Part shown: piece after piece, positions 32,559 through 42,418 of the stretch
Position numbering within the stretch: the stretch's first letter is position 1
Layout: each line of letters begins with the position of its first letter
NCBI GenBank assembly: GCA_044229355.1
Contig: JBGATF010000012.1
Location: forward strand, 13,522-77,521
From: Limisphaerales bacterium
GTDB lineage: Bacteria; Verrucomicrobiota; Verrucomicrobiia; Limisphaerales; JADJPG01
Direction of reading: 5' to 3'
Length of the DNA: 64,000 nucleotides
Notes under the pieces: generated by a model
Seen by the model: only the letters and a program-made list of their open reading frames with translations
What the model was told of the DNA's origin: nothing
Databases searched by the model: none
Program-made: the position numbers and the translations under genes

Positions 32559-35500
32559 GTGAAAGTCAATTCCTCCATCGCCGCGGCCGCGGTCGCGCTC
32601 CTGCTCTTCGTCGCCGGCGCCGGGCAGCGGGCGGAGGGTGCCCCGCTCCCGGGCCAATCCCTCTTCCCGGACTCCAAACACGGGAACGATTCCGGCCCGG
32701 AAGGGACCGCCTACGAGCTCGGCACCCTGTTCCGCGCGAATCTCGCCGGCACCATCACCCAGATCCGCGTCTTCGCCATCGCGGCCGAGACGGGCCAACA
32801 TGTCGCCCGGCTCTGGCGGAACTCCGACGGAGCGCTCGTCGCCGGACCGTTTCCCTGGAACTACAGCGGGCTCGCCGGGTGGATCACCCTCGACATTCCG
32901 GACACACCCATCCTGGCCAACACCGACTACACCGTCACGGTTTCCACCGGTGACGCCGGGCGCAATTACGCGTTCCTCGACGGCGACCTGCTCCTGCCCG
33001 GCGGCAACGGATTGAATCTCTTCTACCCGGCCGGCGCCGGAGTTTTCTCAACGACCCCGGGCGCGCGCCCGACGCAATCGTTTCAAAACGCGAATTACTT
33101 TCGCGACATTGTCTTCGTGCCCAAGACGACCCCGCCCCCGACGAACGGACCGGTCACGCTCACAGAGTTCCTGGCCGACAATGAATCCGGGTTGCGGGAT
33201 GAAGACGGCGACCGCTCAGACTGGATTGAACTGTACAATCCCAGCGGCACGCCGGTGGCGTTGGGTGGGTACCGGCTGGACGCCGGCGCGGCCCGCTGGA
33301 CGTTTCCCGAGACGACGCTGGGGGCGCAGGAGTTCCTGGTCATTTTCGCCTCCGGCAAAAACCGCACAAATCCGCCGGCGCCGCTCCACACCAATTTCCA
33401 GCTCGATCGCGCCGGCGAATCGCTTGCGCTGCGCGACGCGGAAGGGCGCGTGCTCAGCCAGTTCGATCCCGCCTATCCCCCGCAGCGCGCCGACATTTCG
33501 TGCGGCCCCGGCCCCACCGGCGCGACGGCATTTTTTCTGACGCCCACTCCGGGGGCGCCCAACAGCGATTCCGTCGCGGGCCTGGTCGACGATCTGGGCG
33601 TCGACATCCAGCGGGGCTTCTTCACCGCACCGGTCACCGTGACGCTGACCAACGCCACGCCGGGCGCTTCGATTTTTTTCACCGTCAACGGCAGCGAACC
33701 CTCGCCAACCAATGGCGCCGGCTACACGGCCCCCATCACGCTGCGCGGCACGACCACGCTGCGGGCGCGCGCGTTCAAGCCGGGTTATCTGCCGAGCAAA
33801 GTTTTCACAGGCACATACCTGTTTCCGGCCGACATCCTCGGTCAATCGCCAGCCAGCGCCCAGGCCTACGGCTGGCCGGTCGGGCCGATCAACGGCCAGG
33901 AATTGCGGCTGGGTATCAAACCCGGCTTCGCTGCCCTCTACTCGAGCGCCCAAATGCTGGCCGCGCTGCAACAGATTCCATCCATCAGCGTCGTCACCGA
34001 CCAGCGTCACCTGACCGACCCCGCCACCGGTCTCTACGTGAACTCAGCCGGGTCCGGCCCGGCCTGGGAACGGCCCGTCTCGATCGAGCTGCTCTTGCCC
34101 GACGGTCGTGACGGTTTTCAGGTGGACGCCGGGCTGCGCATTCGCGGCGGCCAGAGCAGCAGCGCGAATTTTCCGAAACACTCGTTCCACGTTTTCTTTC
34201 GCCGCGAATACGGCGCAGCCGCGCTGCATTTCCCCCTGTTCGGCGACGCCGGCGCCCGCGACTTCGACACGATCGATCTGCGTTGTGAGCATGGCTACGC
34301 CTACGCCGACCCGTATCCCTACAGCGACGAGTTCACGGCGATTCGGGACGTCTTTTGCCGCGACCTCTGGGCCGCGACCGGCTTTGCCACGACCCGCTCG
34401 CGGCCGTATCACCTCTACCTCAATGGCCAGTACTGGGGGCTCTACCAAAGCCAGGAACGCGCCCAGGAGGACTACGCCAGCACTTATTTCGGAGGCGCGC
34501 CGGAGGAATACGACGTGATCAAGGCGACCGGCCTTCCGCAAACCACCATCGAGGTGGCCAACGGCGACTCCACCAACTGGATGCGCCTCTGGAGCGGCGC
34601 GCGGGCGGTGGCGGCCAACCCGACCGATGCCAATTATTTTGCGCTGCTCGGGCGCCGCGCGGATGGCACGCGGGATCCGGCGTTGCCAGTGCTGCTCGAT
34701 CCCCGGGAACTCGCCGCCTACATGCTCGTGCATTATTACACCGGCCACGCCGACGAACCGCTGTCCGTGTCCTTCAACTGGGAACGGCCGAACAACTTTC
34801 GCGCCGTCCGCCGGCGCGGGTTGGCCGAGCCGTGGCATTTTTTTGTGCACGACGGCGAGTCGTCGATGATGGCGCCGGAATGGTTTTCGAACCGGGCCAA
34901 CGCGGTCAACCTGACCAGCCCCAACCGGGCAAACTTCGCCTACAGCAACCCGGAGTGGATTCACGAAGATCTCATGGCGCATCCGGATTACCGCGCGGCG
35001 TTTTGGGACGAAGCCCAGCGCCTGCTCTTCAACGACGGCCCGTTGACGCCCGGAAGGGCCCAGCCGATCTGGGACGGCTTGGCCGCGCAGATTGACCTGG
35101 CCGTCATCGGCGAGTCCATTCGCTGGGGCAACGACCTCACCAAGGCGCGGCAATCAGTCTGGGCCGCCAAAATCGCCCAGGTGCGCACCAACTTTTTCCC
35201 GACGCGCACCGCCATGGTCCTCGCGCAACTCCGGCAGCGCAACCAATACCCGGACATCGCCGCGCCCACGTTCAACCTCTCAGGCGGCCTCGTCCCCGCC
35301 GGCTTCAGTGTCTTCCTGACCAACCCCGCCCCCGCCGGGATTGTCTTCTACGCGCTCGGCGGATCCGACCCGCGCCTGCACGGCGGAGGTCTCAACCCGG
35401 CCGCGCTGGCCTACACGCCCGGGACCCCCATCGTCCTGAACGGACAAACCACGATCACGGCCCGCGTTCGCCAGGGCAGCGCCTGGAGCGCCGCAGTGAC

Positions 35501-37925
35501 CGCTGTGTTCTACACCGCGCAGGATTTCACCCGGCTGCTCGTGACCGAGATTTTTTACAACCCACCCGACCTGGGCCCGACCAACGGCGACAACTTTGAG
35601 TTTCTCGAATTGAAAAACGCCGGGCCCCAGCCGTTGGACCTCGGCGGTATTTCCTTCGTTGAAGGCATCGCCTTCAATTTCACCAACGGCACCGTGCTCG
35701 CGCCCGGCCAATTCTTCGTGCTGGCGCGAAACCCGGTGGCCCTGGCCGGCCTGCACCCCGGCCTCGCCGTGCACGGCACCTACTCCGGGAAACTCGACAA
35801 CGCCGGCGAGCGCATCAGCCTGGCGCATCCGTTGGGCGCCCGGATTTTTTCCTTCGACTACAAAAACTCGGGACGCTGGCCGGTCGCCCCGGACGGCTGG
35901 GGTTTCTCGCTCGTACCGCGTGTCCCGGACGAAAATCCCGACCCGGGCAACCCGTCGCAGTGGCGCGCCAGCACGCAGCGCGGCGGTTCCCCGGGCGCCG
36001 ACGATCCGCCGGCCGCGATCCCACCGGTGCTCGTCAACGAAGCGCTCACTCACAGCGTGCCGCCGGCCGTCGATGCCATCGAGTTGTTCAACCCTGCCGG
36101 CACGGACGTCGACCTCGGGGGTTGGTTTCTGACCGATGATCGGGCGCGACCCCGGAAATTTCGGATCCCTGCAGGCACGGCCATCGACGCCCTGGGTTTT
36201 CGCGTTTTCACCGAGGCCGACTTCAACGCGGATCCTGTGGGCGACACCAACAGCTTCTCTTTGGGTGCAAACGGCGATCAGGTTTACCTCTTTTCGGCCG
36301 ACCCCACCGGCCAACTCACCGGCTACAGTCATGGCTTCACCTTCGACGGCGCTGCGCCCGGAGTGACGTTCGGGCGCCACACCCTCAGCACGGGCGAGGA
36401 ACTGTTCCTGCCCCAGACCGCGCCCACGCTCGGCGCGATCAATGCCGGACCGCGCATTGGCCCAATCGTGATCCGACAGATCATGTATCACCCGCCCGAC
36501 CTGCCCAATGGCCTCGATGATTCCACCACCGAATATGTCGAGCTGACCAACCTCAGCGAAAGTCCCGTCCCGTTGTTCGACCCGGACAACCCGCCGAACA
36601 CGTGGCGACTCCGAGGCGGAATCAACTTCACGTTCCCATTGAACATCATCGTGCCGCCCGGCGACACACTGACGCTGGTCGGTTTCGATCCGTCGGACGC
36701 GTCCGCGCTGGCCGCGTTTGCAGGTCGCTACCCGCGGCTTCGGACCAGTCCGATTCTTGGTCCCTGGATTGGCAAACTGGACAACAGCCATGACACCCTC
36801 GAACTAAGCCGCCCAGGACTTCCGACCACGAATGGCATCCCGCTCATTCTGGTCGATGCCGTCAGCTACCGCGATGCCACGCCCTGGCCGGTGGCCGCCG
36901 ACGGCAGTGGAGCGGCGCTGCGCCGGGAGCGCCTTGGCGTGGGCGAAGAGCCACTTCATTGGTCGGCGGAAATCCCCCTGACCATCGTCCTGGCCCCCAC
37001 CAACGGCGCCGCGCGCCCCAGTTCCAACGTGACGTTCACCGTGTCGGCTCTCGGGGAGGGCAGCCTGACCTACCGGTGGCTTCGCAATGGAACGGCCTTG
37101 GAAAACCTTGGCAATTTTTCGGGAGTGGACACGCCGACCCTGAGCATCGCCAACCTCGACGCCACCCTGCGTGGCGATTATTCGGTGCGGATCACCGACG
37201 CCAACGGCGCGGGCGTCAGTCTCCCGGCCGAGTTGACTGTCCTCATTCCGCCGGCCATCGCCATCCAACCCCAGCCCGCAACCGTCGTCCAAGGCGACCT
37301 GCTGACGCTCGGAATTCTCATCGCGGACTCCGCCGCGCTGCCGCTCACTTTCGAATGGCGGCTTGGCTCGACGGCGCTGGTCACCAACGTGGTCCGCTCC
37401 TGGACGAACCACCTCACGCTTCGGGCCGCCGGCACGAACACCACGGTGACCAACAACTATCGCGTCATCGTGAAAAACGCCGCGAACCCGAATCCGGGGG
37501 TGGCCAGCGCCTTCGCCCCCGTGGTCATCCTTCGCGACACGGACGGAGACCACGTCCCGGACGCCTGGATGGAACAATACTTCGGCCACTCCACGGGCCT
37601 CGCCGGGGATCAGTCGCGCGCCGGGGATGACGCCGACGGCGATGGCCAGTCGAATCTGGCCGAATATCTCGCCGGCACCGATCCGCGCGATTCCTCCAGT
37701 TACCTGAAGCTTTCGATTGGGATCGACGGGCGGATCCATGCGCTGAGTTTTTTCGCGGCGTCCAACCGATCCTACACGATGCAATCGCGCGGGACCGTCA
37801 CGGCGGGCCCGTGGGAACGGTGGTTCGATGTCGCGCCGGCCCCGACGAACCGTGTCATCTCGCGCCCGATCGATCCCTTGGATCGCGAGCGTTACTATCG
37901 CCTGGTCGCGCCGCGAGAGCCGTAG
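32559..37925 (+). CDS. Giant secreted protein (1788 aa): DUF4082 - lamin-tail domain - CotH kinase-like domain - 3 more LTDs - Ig-like repeats - TSP3-like motifs - C-terminal [FY]R[LV] module
   Basis: Signal MKVNSSIAAAAVALLLFVAGAGQRAEG. DUF4082 (TAYELGTLFRANLAGTITQIRVFAIAAETGQHVARLWRNSDGALVAGPFPWNYSGLAGWITLDI). LTDs (for example VTLTEFLADNESGLRDEDGDRSDWIELYNPSGTPVALGGYRL). CotH-like core (FPKHSFHVFFRREYG...RPYHLYLNGQYWGLYQSQERAQEDY). I-set-like repeats (LTYRWLRNG...RGDYSVRITDANG). DTDGDHVPDAWMEQY and DDADGDGQSNLAEYLAGTDPRD. Ends RERYYRLVAPREP. Confidence 0.9.
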   Translation: MKVNSSIAAAAVALLLFVAGAGQRAEGAPLPGQSLFPDSKHGNDSGPEGTAYELGTLFRANLAGTITQIRVFAIAAETGQHVARLWRNSDGALVAGPFPWNYSGLAGWITLDIPDTPILANTDYTVTVSTGDAGRNYAFLDGDLLLPGGNGLNLFYPAGAGVFSTTPGARPTQSFQNANYFRDIVFVPKTTPPPTNGPVTLTEFLADNESGLRDEDGDRSDWIELYNPSGTPVALGGYRLDAGAARWTFPETTLGAQEFLVIFASGKNRTNPPAPLHTNFQLDRAGESLALRDAEGRVLSQFDPAYPPQRADISCGPGPTGATAFFLTPTPGAPNSDSVAGLVDDLGVDIQRGFFTAPVTVTLTNATPGASIFFTVNGSEPSPTNGAGYTAPITLRGTTTLRARAFKPGYLPSKVFTGTYLFPADILGQSPASAQAYGWPVGPINGQELRLGIKPGFAALYSSAQMLAALQQIPSISVVTDQRHLTDPATGLYVNSAGSGPAWERPVSIELLLPDGRDGFQVDAGLRIRGGQSSSANFPKHSFHVFFRREYGAAALHFPLFGDAGARDFDTIDLRCEHGYAYADPYPYSDEFTAIRDVFCRDLWAATGFATTRSRPYHLYLNGQYWGLYQSQERAQEDYASTYFGGAPEEYDVIKATGLPQTTIEVANGDSTNWMRLWSGARAVAANPTDANYFALLGRRADGTRDPALPVLLDPRELAAYMLVHYYTGHADEPLSVSFNWERPNNFRAVRRRGLAEPWHFFVHDGESSMMAPEWFSNRANAVNLTSPNRANFAYSNPEWIHEDLMAHPDYRAAFWDEAQRLLFNDGPLTPGRAQPIWDGLAAQIDLAVIGESIRWGNDLTKARQSVWAAKIAQVRTNFFPTRTAMVLAQLRQRNQYPDIAAPTFNLSGGLVPAGFSVFLTNPAPAGIVFYALGGSDPRLHGGGLNPAALAYTPGTPIVLNGQTTITARVRQGSAWSAAVTAVFYTAQDFTRLLVTEIFYNPPDLGPTNGDNFEFLELKNAGPQPLDLGGISFVEGIAFNFTNGTVLAPGQFFVLARNPVALAGLHPGLAVHGTYSGKLDNAGERISLAHPLGARIFSFDYKNSGRWPVAPDGWGFSLVPRVPDENPDPGNPSQWRASTQRGGSPGADDPPAAIPPVLVNEALTHSVPPAVDAIELFNPAGTDVDLGGWFLTDDRARPRKFRIPAGTAIDALGFRVFTEADFNADPVGDTNSFSLGANGDQVYLFSADPTGQLTGYSHGFTFDGAAPGVTFGRHTLSTGEELFLPQTAPTLGAINAGPRIGPIVIRQIMYHPPDLPNGLDDSTTEYVELTNLSESPVPLFDPDNPPNTWRLRGGINFTFPLNIIVPPGDTLTLVGFDPSDASALAAFAGRYPRLRTSPILGPWIGKLDNSHDTLELSRPGLPTTNGIPLILVDAVSYRDATPWPVAADGSGAALRRERLGVGEEPLHWSAEIPLTIVLAPTNGAARPSSNVTFTVSALGEGSLTYRWLRNGTALENLGNFSGVDTPTLSIANLDATLRGDYSVRITDANGAGVSLPAELTVLIPPAIAIQPQPATVVQGDLLTLGILIADSAALPLTFEWRLGSTALVTNVVRSWTNHLTLRAAGTNTTVTNNYRVIVKNAANPNPGVASAFAPVVILRDTDGDHVPDAWMEQYFGHSTGLAGDQSRAGDDADGDGQSNLAEYLAGTDPRDSSSYLKLSIGIDGRIHALSFFAASNRSYTMQSRGTVTAGPWERWFDVAPAPTNRVISRPIDPLDRERYYRLVAPREP

Positions 37926-38599
37926 CCGGACGAACCCTTCAGCCGATCCCGGATCCACGCGGAGCGCGCGACGTCCAGGACGCGTTGGCCGCGACGATTT
38001 TGGAACTCGCCGTTCATCCCGAGTGCGAGAAAGAGCTCGATGATCCTTCGCTGAGCTTCAACGGCTGCCGGCTCTCCGGATCCGCCCCGGCCGGTGTTCT
38101 GGACCGCCAGATGAAACGGCGTCGAACCGGCGTTGTTCTCCGCCGCGGGATCGGCGCCGGCCCGCAGCAAAGTCTCGACAGCGCCGGCACAACGCGTGCG
38201 CACCGCCCGATGCAGCGGGGTTGCCCCGTTCGCATCCGGGCGGTGGAGGTCCGCCCCCGCGGTCAGCAGCTCTGCGATCGTCGCAACCTGCCGGCGTTCA
38301 CTCCAGGCCGGCCCGGTGATAAATCCATCCGCGGCGTAGTGCAACGGACTGCTCCGGCGCCGATTGCGGGCGGCGTTCGGATCCGCCCCTGCTCGAAGTA
38401 GGAGGCAAACAATCTCCGGACGGTGGCCGGCTGCCGCCAGGTGCAGCGCGGTATCGCCCGCATAGAGCCAATGGAAGATGCCTCGTGCAAACAACTGTTC
38501 TTTCTGCACCAACGCCGTGGCCAATCCCGGCTCCGCCTGCAATCGCGCACGGACAGCGGGTGCGTCGTCGGCCACGATGACGGACAGGAGAGCGTTCAT
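37895..38599 (-). CDS. Ankyrin-repeat protein
   Basis: Repeats with the G-TPLH..A......V..LL..GAD pattern (GDTALHLAAAGHRPEIVCLLLRAGADPN; SSPLHYAA; GATPLHRAVRTRCAGAVETLLRAGADP; GSTPFHLAV). ATG at 38599. Its 3' end overlaps the giant gene's 3' end by 31 nt (convergent). Confidence 0.8.
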   Translation of the reverse strand: MNALLSVIVADDAPAVRARLQAEPGLATALVQKEQLFARGIFHWLYAGDTALHLAAAGHRPEIVCLLLRAGADPNAARNRRRSSPLHYAADGFITGPAWSERRQVATIAELLTAGADLHRPDANGATPLHRAVRTRCAGAVETLLRAGADPAAENNAGSTPFHLAVQNTGRGGSGEPAAVEAQRRIIELFLALGMNGEFQNRRGQRVLDVARSAWIRDRLKGSSGYGSRGATRR

Positions 38600-38853
38600 G
38601 TGTCATTTCAAGTTGAACCCGATCGGCAACCCGCTGCCAAGCGAGTTCCGGCCGGCCCCGACTCGAACTCCCCACGCGATTTTTTTCGCCCGGCACCGCG
38701 GCACGCGCTCCCGGGTGGCCGGTCCAAGCGATGACTGCGGGCCAGGACGGGCTGCACATCAGCCGTCGGGGCCCGCCGGCGTGGGCGCCCGGACGTGCCC
38801 ACGACGCGAATTCCAGTTGCCGAACGAATCGAAGCTTGCGTAGGAATACGTCT

Positions 38854-41800
38854 ATGCGCGTGGTCTCCTTTTCCATCCTTCTGGGCCTCCTGCTCATCCC
38901 CTCAAGCCGGGCCGCGGATTTCGCCGAGGGCAATGCCGCAAGCTGGAGCGCGTTCGCCTCCGACAACGCGGTCGCCCGCGTCAGCAACGACGATCAACGG
39001 GTGCGCATCGGGACTCGATCAATCCGTTTCGACACCGCCAGCGGGTTCGATACCGGCGTGCGATTTCCCGCCACCGCCACCGCCCACTGGGATCTCCGCA
39101 CCAACACTCACCTGGTTTTTTGGACCTTCGCGGTCAACACGAACGGGCCCGGCTTCCAGGGCAACCAACCGGTGATCGTCCTGAAATCCGCCGGCGGCAG
39201 CTACCGCTACGAGCCGGTGGGGAACGAAACCTACAACCGCGTCTGGAGCTTCCACCGGGTCCCGCTCGCCGGGGGCCCCGCCTGGACGCGCACCACCACC
39301 GGATCGCCGGACCTCGGAAACACCACCCAGCTCGAGATTCACCAGGACACCTGGGATTATGGCTTTACCGTCTACTACGACGGCCTCGAATTTGTCAGCG
39401 TGGATTCCAACGGCAACCCGCCGGCAGGCCCGCCCCCTCCGCCCGGCGTCGATCCGGATCAGGTTCGCCCGCGCGCGCTTCTGCTCATCTACGATCCGAT
39501 CCTTGAGAACCAGGGCAGCCGGCGCTTGCACGAGGTCTACGGCTGGGCCGATCCGGTGACGCTCACTGCAGGTCTGGTGCGCGATTTTCGCAGCAACAGC
39601 CACGGCATCTTCCTTCCGCAGGTCGTCGAGACCAATGTCGTCGACGGCTACTGGCATCACCTGGACGGCTTTCAATACGACGACGCCACCTACGACACCG
39701 CCGTGCGCACGGGCCAATACCACAGCGCGGGCTTCGACTACGCGCGGTTCATCGCCGACTTCGGCCTCGCGCCGCGGGTGGCCAGCGGCGACCTCGACGA
39801 GATCTGGCTCTACACCAGCCCGGGAGCCGGCACGTGGGAGTCCACCATGGCCGGGGACGGCGGCTACTGGTGCAACTCATCGCCCGTCTCCGGCGTGCCG
39901 AGCGAACGCCTGTTCGTGGTCATGGGCTGGAACTTCGAGCGCGGCGTCGGCGAGGCCATCCATTCCTACGGCCATCGCACGGAAAGCATCATGGTTCACT
40001 CCTACCGCCAATGGTTGCCGAACCGCACCAATCACTGGAGCGCCTTCGCTCTCCTCGACAAGGACGCCCCCGGCCTGGGCGGCGTTGGCAATGTGCACTT
40101 CCCCGTCAATGGAACGTCCGATTACGACTACGCAAACTCCCGCGCCGTCACGAGCAGCGCCGACGACTGGGACCACTACCCCAACCTGACCGGGCTGACC
40201 CGCACCTTCGATTACCACGAGTGGTCGCCCACCGGCCAGGACCCGCAACGCGAGTATCTGAACTGGTGGTACCACCACCTGCCCCACGTGCCCGGCCGCG
40301 GCCCGGATGGTTTCCTGAACAACTGGTGGCGCTACGTCGTGGACCCGGACCAATTCAAGGCAGGCACCGGAAATCTCAACGGCACCCTCGGACTGCCTTC
40401 CGTCACCATCACCACGCCGCGCGCCAACACCAACGTCTCCGGGCTCGTCGCCATCCGGGCCAACGCCTTCGTCGATGGCGCCCTCGGCCGCGTCGACCTC
40501 TACGTGGATGGAGTTTTCCATTCCAGCGACACCCTCGCGCCCTACGTCTTTACCTGGGACACCCGGGGGCTGCTCGGATCCCACACCCTTGTCGCCCGCG
40601 CCTACGAATTGCAAAACGGTACCGAAGGCGTCAGCGCTCCCGTCGCCGTCGAAGTTCTGCCCGCCCAACTCCTCACCACCGTCCGAGACGGCGCCACCGG
40701 CCTCGGCGGGGTCGCGGTCTCCGCCGAAGGCAAAATCCCGCTCTGGAGCCGCTGGACCTCGACCGGTCCTTTTCCGATCCCCGACCACCAGCCGTCTGGC
40801 GTCGACAGCCCCCTCGCCGTCTCCGCCACCGGCACGGTCGAACGGGTCAGCGTCGGCCTCACCATTTCGCATCCGTCCCGGCAGGAACTCGACGTGTCCC
40901 TCGTCTCACCCGCCGGCACCACCGTGCGGCTTCACGGGAATCCCGCCGGAGCGGAGCCCAATCTCATCACGTTTTATCCCGACCTGACCGAGCCAATTGA
41001 GAGTCTCGCGCTCTTCCGCGGGGAACCGGCCGCCGGCATTTGGAAGCTGATCGCCAAAGACACCGCGAGCGGACGCACCGGCCAAATCGACGGCTGGAGC
41101 CTTGCCCTCACCTGCCTGCAGACCCAAACCATCGCCGGCGTGACCGGCCCGGACGGGACGTGCATCCTCTCAAATCTTCCCGCGGGCGATTACGTCGTGA
41201 CCGCAGCCCAAGCCGGCCACGACTTTTTCCCCTGGCAACGCGCCATCACGCTCGTCAGCGGAGCCCAATCCGCCGACTTCAGCCTCAGCACCAATTTCCC
41301 CCCGGCCATCGCCGCAGCGCCCGCCGACCAGGACGTCATCGCCGGCGCCGATGTCACGTTGGCGGTCGAGGCGACCGGGACGACCCCGCTGCAATACCAG
41401 TGGGAGTTCAATGGAGTCGACATCCCCGGCGCCACGAATCGCAACCTCGTCCTTTTCGATGTGCAACGCCGGGACGCCGGCTTCTATCGCGTGGAAGTGC
41501 GCAATCCGCTGGGATCCGCGGACGCCGAGGCGCGTTTGACCGTCCGGCCCACCCCGCTGCCCACGGATGTGGCCGAAGGCAACGCCCCGGAGTGGGGCAC
41601 GTTCGCTTCAGATGGCGCGGCCACCAGTGTGAGCGACGACGTCACACAATTTCGTGTGGGCGCGAAGTCCATCCGCTTTGTCACTGCCAGCGGGTTCGAC
41701 ACCGGCGTGACCTTTCCAGCCGACGGCAAGGCGCATTGGTATCTGCGCTCCGGCGATGCCCTCGTGTTCTGGACCTACGCGATCAACACCACTCCCATCG

Positions 41801-42270
41801 GGTTCCAGGGCAACCAACCCGTGGTTGTCTTGCGCTGTGCCGGCGGCGACTTCACCTACACCCCCTCCGGCCAGTTCACCACCAACCGCGCCTGGAGCGC
41901 GCATCGGGTGCCCCTGGCGGGCAGCACCCGCTGGACCCGCACCGCCAGCGGAACACCAACCCTCACCGACGTGCGGCAGTTCGAAATCCACCAGGACACG
42001 TGGGACAACGGATTCACGATCTACTACGATGGCTTGAAGTTCGATACCATATCGCCGGCGGCGCCAAGCTTGTCGGCCGAGGCGCCTGCCAATGGGCTCG
42101 TCCGGCTCGTGCTGCACGGCACCAGCGGCGTGCCGCATGTCGTGGAGTCGTCACCGGATCTGCGGCACTGGACCGCGCTGCGGACGAACATCCCCAGCAA
42201 CGGACTTTTTGAATGGCTGGCAACGCCCTCCGCGACCACCTTTCTCCGCGCCAGGATCCTGGATCCGTGA
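38854..42270 (+). CDS. Secreted 1138-aa multidomain protein: duplicated ~165-aa terminal jelly-roll-like domains, unknown ~400-aa central domain, Ig-like domains, proprotein-convertase P-domain, CarboxypepD_reg-like and I-set modules
   Basis: Signal MRVVSFSILLGLLLIPSSRA (ATG 38854). P-domain at about 40770-41115 (VGLTISHPSRQELDVSLVSPAGTTVRLH...GEPAAGIWKLIAKDTASGRTGQIDGWSLAL). I-set-like repeat (LQYQWEFNGVDIPGATNRNLVLFDVQRRDAGFYRVEVRN). N- and C-terminal copies share AEGNA..W..FASD...SIRF.TASGFDTGV.FPA...HW.LR...LVFWT.A.NT...GFQGNQPV.VL...HRVPLAG...WTRT...EIHQDTWD.GFT.YYDGL.F. Confidence 0.85.
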   Translation: MRVVSFSILLGLLLIPSSRAADFAEGNAASWSAFASDNAVARVSNDDQRVRIGTRSIRFDTASGFDTGVRFPATATAHWDLRTNTHLVFWTFAVNTNGPGFQGNQPVIVLKSAGGSYRYEPVGNETYNRVWSFHRVPLAGGPAWTRTTTGSPDLGNTTQLEIHQDTWDYGFTVYYDGLEFVSVDSNGNPPAGPPPPPGVDPDQVRPRALLLIYDPILENQGSRRLHEVYGWADPVTLTAGLVRDFRSNSHGIFLPQVVETNVVDGYWHHLDGFQYDDATYDTAVRTGQYHSAGFDYARFIADFGLAPRVASGDLDEIWLYTSPGAGTWESTMAGDGGYWCNSSPVSGVPSERLFVVMGWNFERGVGEAIHSYGHRTESIMVHSYRQWLPNRTNHWSAFALLDKDAPGLGGVGNVHFPVNGTSDYDYANSRAVTSSADDWDHYPNLTGLTRTFDYHEWSPTGQDPQREYLNWWYHHLPHVPGRGPDGFLNNWWRYVVDPDQFKAGTGNLNGTLGLPSVTITTPRANTNVSGLVAIRANAFVDGALGRVDLYVDGVFHSSDTLAPYVFTWDTRGLLGSHTLVARAYELQNGTEGVSAPVAVEVLPAQLLTTVRDGATGLGGVAVSAEGKIPLWSRWTSTGPFPIPDHQPSGVDSPLAVSATGTVERVSVGLTISHPSRQELDVSLVSPAGTTVRLHGNPAGAEPNLITFYPDLTEPIESLALFRGEPAAGIWKLIAKDTASGRTGQIDGWSLALTCLQTQTIAGVTGPDGTCILSNLPAGDYVVTAAQAGHDFFPWQRAITLVSGAQSADFSLSTNFPPAIAAAPADQDVIAGADVTLAVEATGTTPLQYQWEFNGVDIPGATNRNLVLFDVQRRDAGFYRVEVRNPLGSADAEARLTVRPTPLPTDVAEGNAPEWGTFASDGAATSVSDDVTQFRVGAKSIRFVTASGFDTGVTFPADGKAHWYLRSGDALVFWTYAINTTPIGFQGNQPVVVLRCAGGDFTYTPSGQFTTNRAWSAHRVPLAGSTRWTRTASGTPTLTDVRQFEIHQDTWDNGFTIYYDGLKFDTISPAAPSLSAEAPANGLVRLVLHGTSGVPHVVESSPDLRHWTALRTNIPSNGLFEWLATPSATTFLRARILDP

Positions 42271-42418
42271 AGACGTGCTCCGCCGATGAAGGTCTAAACG
42301 GAACCGCGTCAGAATCAGCTGCGAAGTTTCTGGCCCGGCAGACAGAGGCCTGCCGTCATGGCCGATGACCGCACGGGGACAGCGTCCATCGGTCCCGAAC
42401 CGGCAGCGCGATCGCCGC

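Noticed and set aside
34044-37958. Minus-strand ORFs 34044..35153, 35280..36791 and 36804..37958
   Set aside because: All are antisense to the giant LTD-CotH gene and have shadow composition.
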